DNA from: Gemmatimonas sp.
Lineage (GTDB): Bacteria; Gemmatimonadota; Gemmatimonadetes; Gemmatimonadales; Gemmatimonadaceae
Length of the DNA: 64,000 nt
Direction: 5' to 3'
Assembly (NCBI GenBank): GCA_965279375.1
Contig: OZ257156.1
Span: 3,616,001 to 3,680,000 of the forward strand
Shown here: in pieces, positions 61,237 through 64,000 of the stretch
Position numbering within the stretch: the stretch's first letter is position 1
Layout of the letters: each line of letters starts with the position of its first letter
Program-made: the position numbers and the translations under genes
The notes under the pieces: generated by a model
The model's database searches: none
Told to the model about the DNA's origin: nothing
Seen by the model: the letters and a program-made list of their open reading frames with translations, nothing else

Positions 61237-62553
61237 ATGGTCGGGTCGGCGGAGATTCTCGCAGCGTTCCGCGAACTGTCCAATTCGAAGCAGCTTGACC
61301 GGACGGAACTGCATGGGCTCCTGCAGGACGGCATTCATGCCGCCCTGGCGAAAAAGCACGGAGCCAACGTGCAGGCCGAGGTCGAGATTGACGAGGACAA
61401 GGGCGCCATCCGCATCGTGCTACTCAAGACGGTGGTCGAGGAGGTGACCGACCCCTCGAATCAAGCGTTGCTCGAAGAGGCACGGTTCGTTGATCCTGAG
61501 TTCCAGATCGGCGACGTCATGGAAATTCCGGTGGACTTCGCCGAGTTCGGCCGCACGGCCGTGCAGGCAGCGAAGCAGCGGATCATCCAGCGTGTCCGTG
61601 AAGGCGAGCGCACGCGCATCCGGGACGAGTTCTCTGGGCGCGTGGGCGATCTGCTTTCGGGCGAAGTGCAGCAGATCGAGCGCGGCAAGCTCGTGGTGAT
61701 GCTCAACAAGTTCCGTGAGGCGGAAGCGATCATTCCGTATCGCGAGCAGAACCATCGCGAGCACTACCATCAGGGCGAGCCGGTGCGCGCGGTCCTGAAG
61801 CGCGTCGAAGATACGCCCAAGGGTCCCCGTCTCATCCTGAGCCGCGCGGACGCCCTGTTCGTGCAGGCGCTCTTCAAGCTCGAAGTGCCGGAAATCCAGC
61901 AGGGGATCGTCGAGATCAAGGCAGCGGCGCGCGAAGTGGGCAGCCGCACCAAGATCGCCGTGACCTCGCGCGAGGACGCAGTCGATCCGGTTGGCGCTTG
62001 CGTCGGCCTCAAGGGATCGCGCGTGCAGGCGGTCGTGAACGAGTTGGGCGGTGAACGTATCGACATCGTGCCGTGGTCGCCCGATCCGGAGCGCTTCGCC
62101 AAGCTGGCGCTCGCGCCGGCCCGCGTGGCCCGCGTGTTCAGCGATGCGCTGACCCGCACGATTCAGGCGGTGGTCGACGAAGATCAGCTCTCGCTGGCCA
62201 TCGGCCGCAACGGACAGAACGTGCGTTTGGCGTCCGAGTTGACCGGCTGGAAGATCGATCTGTATTCGAGCCGCGAATGGATGGAGAAGGGCGGAGAAGC
62301 GCCGCTCTTCGCGCCGTTGCCGGACGAGGCGGAAGGTGAAGTCGATGTGCCGCTGAACGAAATCGAAGGGTTGGAAGTCTCGACGGTCGCCGTCCTCGCG
62401 GACGCTGGCTATCGCACGCTCAACGACATCCTCGATCTCGATCGCGACGACCTGCTGCGTCTGCCCGGCATCGCGCCGGAAGAAGCGGATCGCATCATGT
62501 CGATCATCGATGAGCTGACCACGGAAGACGACGCGGGTGGCGGGAACGGGTGA
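61237..62553 (+). CDS. nusA: Transcription factor NusA
   Basis: 'FGRTAVQAAKQ', 'LEVPEI', 'DPVGACVG', 'AIGRNGQNVRLA'. Confidence 0.97.
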   Translation: MVGSAEILAAFRELSNSKQLDRTELHGLLQDGIHAALAKKHGANVQAEVEIDEDKGAIRIVLLKTVVEEVTDPSNQALLEEARFVDPEFQIGDVMEIPVDFAEFGRTAVQAAKQRIIQRVREGERTRIRDEFSGRVGDLLSGEVQQIERGKLVVMLNKFREAEAIIPYREQNHREHYHQGEPVRAVLKRVEDTPKGPRLILSRADALFVQALFKLEVPEIQQGIVEIKAAAREVGSRTKIAVTSREDAVDPVGACVGLKGSRVQAVVNELGGERIDIVPWSPDPERFAKLALAPARVARVFSDALTRTIQAVVDEDQLSLAIGRNGQNVRLASELTGWKIDLYSSREWMEKGGEAPLFAPLPDEAEGEVDVPLNEIEGLEVSTVAVLADAGYRTLNDILDLDRDDLLRLPGIAPEEADRIMSIIDELTTEDDAGGGNG

Positions 62554-62930
62554 TGTCGACTGATGGCGCAGCGCCGGTCCTCGATGACGCCGTACGCCGC
62601 AAGGTGCTGGCGCTCGTGGGACTGGGGATGCGCGGTCGGCTGGTTGTAGTGGGAGTGGAGCAAGTGCGGATGGCGGCAACCAAGGGCACCCTGCAGCTGG
62701 CGCTCGTTGCGACCGACGTTTCGCGACACTCGCTCGACAAGGTGTTGCCGGTGCTGCGCGCGAAACGCGTGGAAGTGCTGGAGTGGCAGAGTGCGGTGGA
62801 GTTGGGCGGTGCCGTAGGACGTGAGACGACGGCAGCGGTAGGAATCGTAGATCAGGCGCTGGCGCGCGGTATCCGTGGCGCCGTAGCCGGGGCAGCCCCG
62901 GCAGGCGACGCGACGCGCGTTTCGCGGTAG
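62550..62930 (+). CDS. L7Ae/L30e-family RNA-binding protein (YlxQ-like)
   Basis: 'LVGLGMRGRLVVVG', 'ELGGAVGR'; between nusA and infB. Confidence 0.85.
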   Translation: MMSTDGAAPVLDDAVRRKVLALVGLGMRGRLVVVGVEQVRMAATKGTLQLALVATDVSRHSLDKVLPVLRAKRVEVLEWQSAVELGGAVGRETTAAVGIVDQALARGIRGAVAGAAPAGDATRVSR

Positions 62931-62939
62931 GAGGACGGG

Positions 62940-64000
62940 TTGAGCAAGCTTCGTGTGCATGACATGGCGGGTGAGTTCGGTATCTCGGCTGACGAGGTGC
63001 TGGCTTTGCTGCGCCAGATGGATGTCCCGGTTCGCAGCCATCTGACGCTGCTGACGGATGATCAGGTGTCGCGTATTCGTGCGCGGTGGGAGCGGGAAAA
63101 GCGCGTGCGTGCCGAAAAGGCTGCGCCGGCGCCCGCTGCGCCGCGCCGTCGGCGCACGGGTGCTGCGGCCCCCGAAACACCTGCCCCGGTCGCGGAAGTC
63201 GAGGCGTCTGCGCCCACGGTTCGCCGTCGTCGCCGCACCGAAGAGGAGTCGCACGCCGAGGAGGCGCACGACGAACCTGTGATCGAGGCCGCGCCGGTCG
63301 TCGAGGCGCCGGTCGCGCGTACGCCGGAGCCCGAGGTCGCGCCTACGCCGGCCCCGGTCGCTCCCAAGCCCCCGCGCGAAGAGCCCGTGGTGGTCACTGC
63401 TCCGGAGCCGCCGGTCGCCGTCGCGCCCGCACCGGTCGCCGCAGCCCCGGCCACCCCGGAACCGGTCGTGCCCCAGCCCGCGCCGACACCTGTCGTCGCT
63501 CGTGAAGTTGCCGCCGTCGAGCCGCCGCCCGTCGCGGCACCGATTGCGCAGGCAGCACCGACAGCACCAGCGACACCGGCTGTTGCCGCGCCTGCCGCAC
63601 CGGCTGCTCCCGCACCAACGCCGGCGTCATCGCTGCCGCCCGACCGCCCGCGTCCGCGCCCGGTCGTGCCGGGAGCGCCACGTCCGCGCCCGTATTCGTC
63701 TGGCGGATCGCCCAATTTCGGGTCCGCTCGACCGATCGCGTCTGCCGCCCCCGGCGGTGGACTCGGACAGGGACAGCGTCGCGACGATCGCCGTCCGAGC
63801 AACAGTCCGCAGGGACAGAGCAACGCCAACGGACCGGGCAATCCGCCGCCGGGTCCTGCGGGATCGGCCGGATCGCAGCAACGCCGCGGTAAGAAGGGCA
63901 AGCGCGGAGCGGTCGATCAGGAAGCGGTGTCGGCAAACATTACGAAGACGATGACCGCCATGCGCGGCGCGCCGTCTCGTCGAGGTGGTGGCCGTCGCTT
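62940..64000 (+). CDS. infB: Translation initiation factor IF-2, N-terminal part (runs off window; absent from ORF track)
   Basis: RBS AGGAGG, TTG start, 'SKLRVHDMAGEFGISADEVLALLRQM' then Pro/Ala-rich linker; operon position. Confidence 0.9.
   Translation, partial: MSKLRVHDMAGEFGISADEVLALLRQMDVPVRSHLTLLTDDQVSRIRARWEREKRVRAEKAAPAPAAPRRRRTGAAAPETPAPVAEVEASAPTVRRRRRTEEESHAEEAHDEPVIEAAPVVEAPVARTPEPEVAPTPAPVAPKPPREEPVVVTAPEPPVAVAPAPVAAAPATPEPVVPQPAPTPVVAREVAAVEPPPVAAPIAQAAPTAPATPAVAAPAAPAAPAPTPASSLPPDRPRPRPVVPGAPRPRPYSSGGSPNFGSARPIASAAPGGGLGQGQRRDDRRPSNSPQGQSNANGPGNPPPGPAGSAGSQQRRGKKGKRGAVDQEAVSANITKTMTAMRGAPSRRGGGRR

Noticed and set aside
63100..63900. Repetitive GCC/CCG tract near the window end
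   Set aside because: Ordinary Pro/Ala-rich IF-2 linker, not a repeat array

Overview
High-GC bacterial chromosome segment. Gene content (SusC/SusD pair, bat/MoxR operon, bshA, CIRCE-controlled groESL, FlgD-Ig/T9SS-like domain) suggests Gemmatimonadota; this is inference. It is mostly housekeeping: recO, clpB, tadA, two tRNA-Ser, pyrRBC, rpsT, scpAB-rluB, moxR-bat, mutL-miaA-bshA-uppP-birA-coaX, groESL, susCD, manC, serS, uvrD/pcrA, gatCAB, murA, pgeF and rimP-nusA-L7Ae-infB (truncated). The most unusual part is an accessory block of about 6.6 kb after tRNA-Ser(GGA), at 7753-14323. It encodes a 112-aa 'mini-sigma' with regions 1.2-2 only, lacking the promoter-melting Trp dyad and with an acidified DNA-facing surface. 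It also encodes a full-length cyanobacterial-type ArgZ/AgrE protein with Ser at the catalytic Cys position, a gamma-carbonic anhydrase, two tandem ATP-grasp ligases and a hairpin-flanked orphan ORF. Other signals: a recurring TTGACN-N17-TANNTT promoter, many apparently leaderless genes, a sigma54-type site before clpB, a DnaA-box-like 9-mer in the scpAB promoter, a rimP leader terminator and an Asp-type (fosfomycin-insensitive) MurA. No transposase, integrase, CRISPR array or rRNA was seen. All product calls come from motif recognition by eye; no database search was run.
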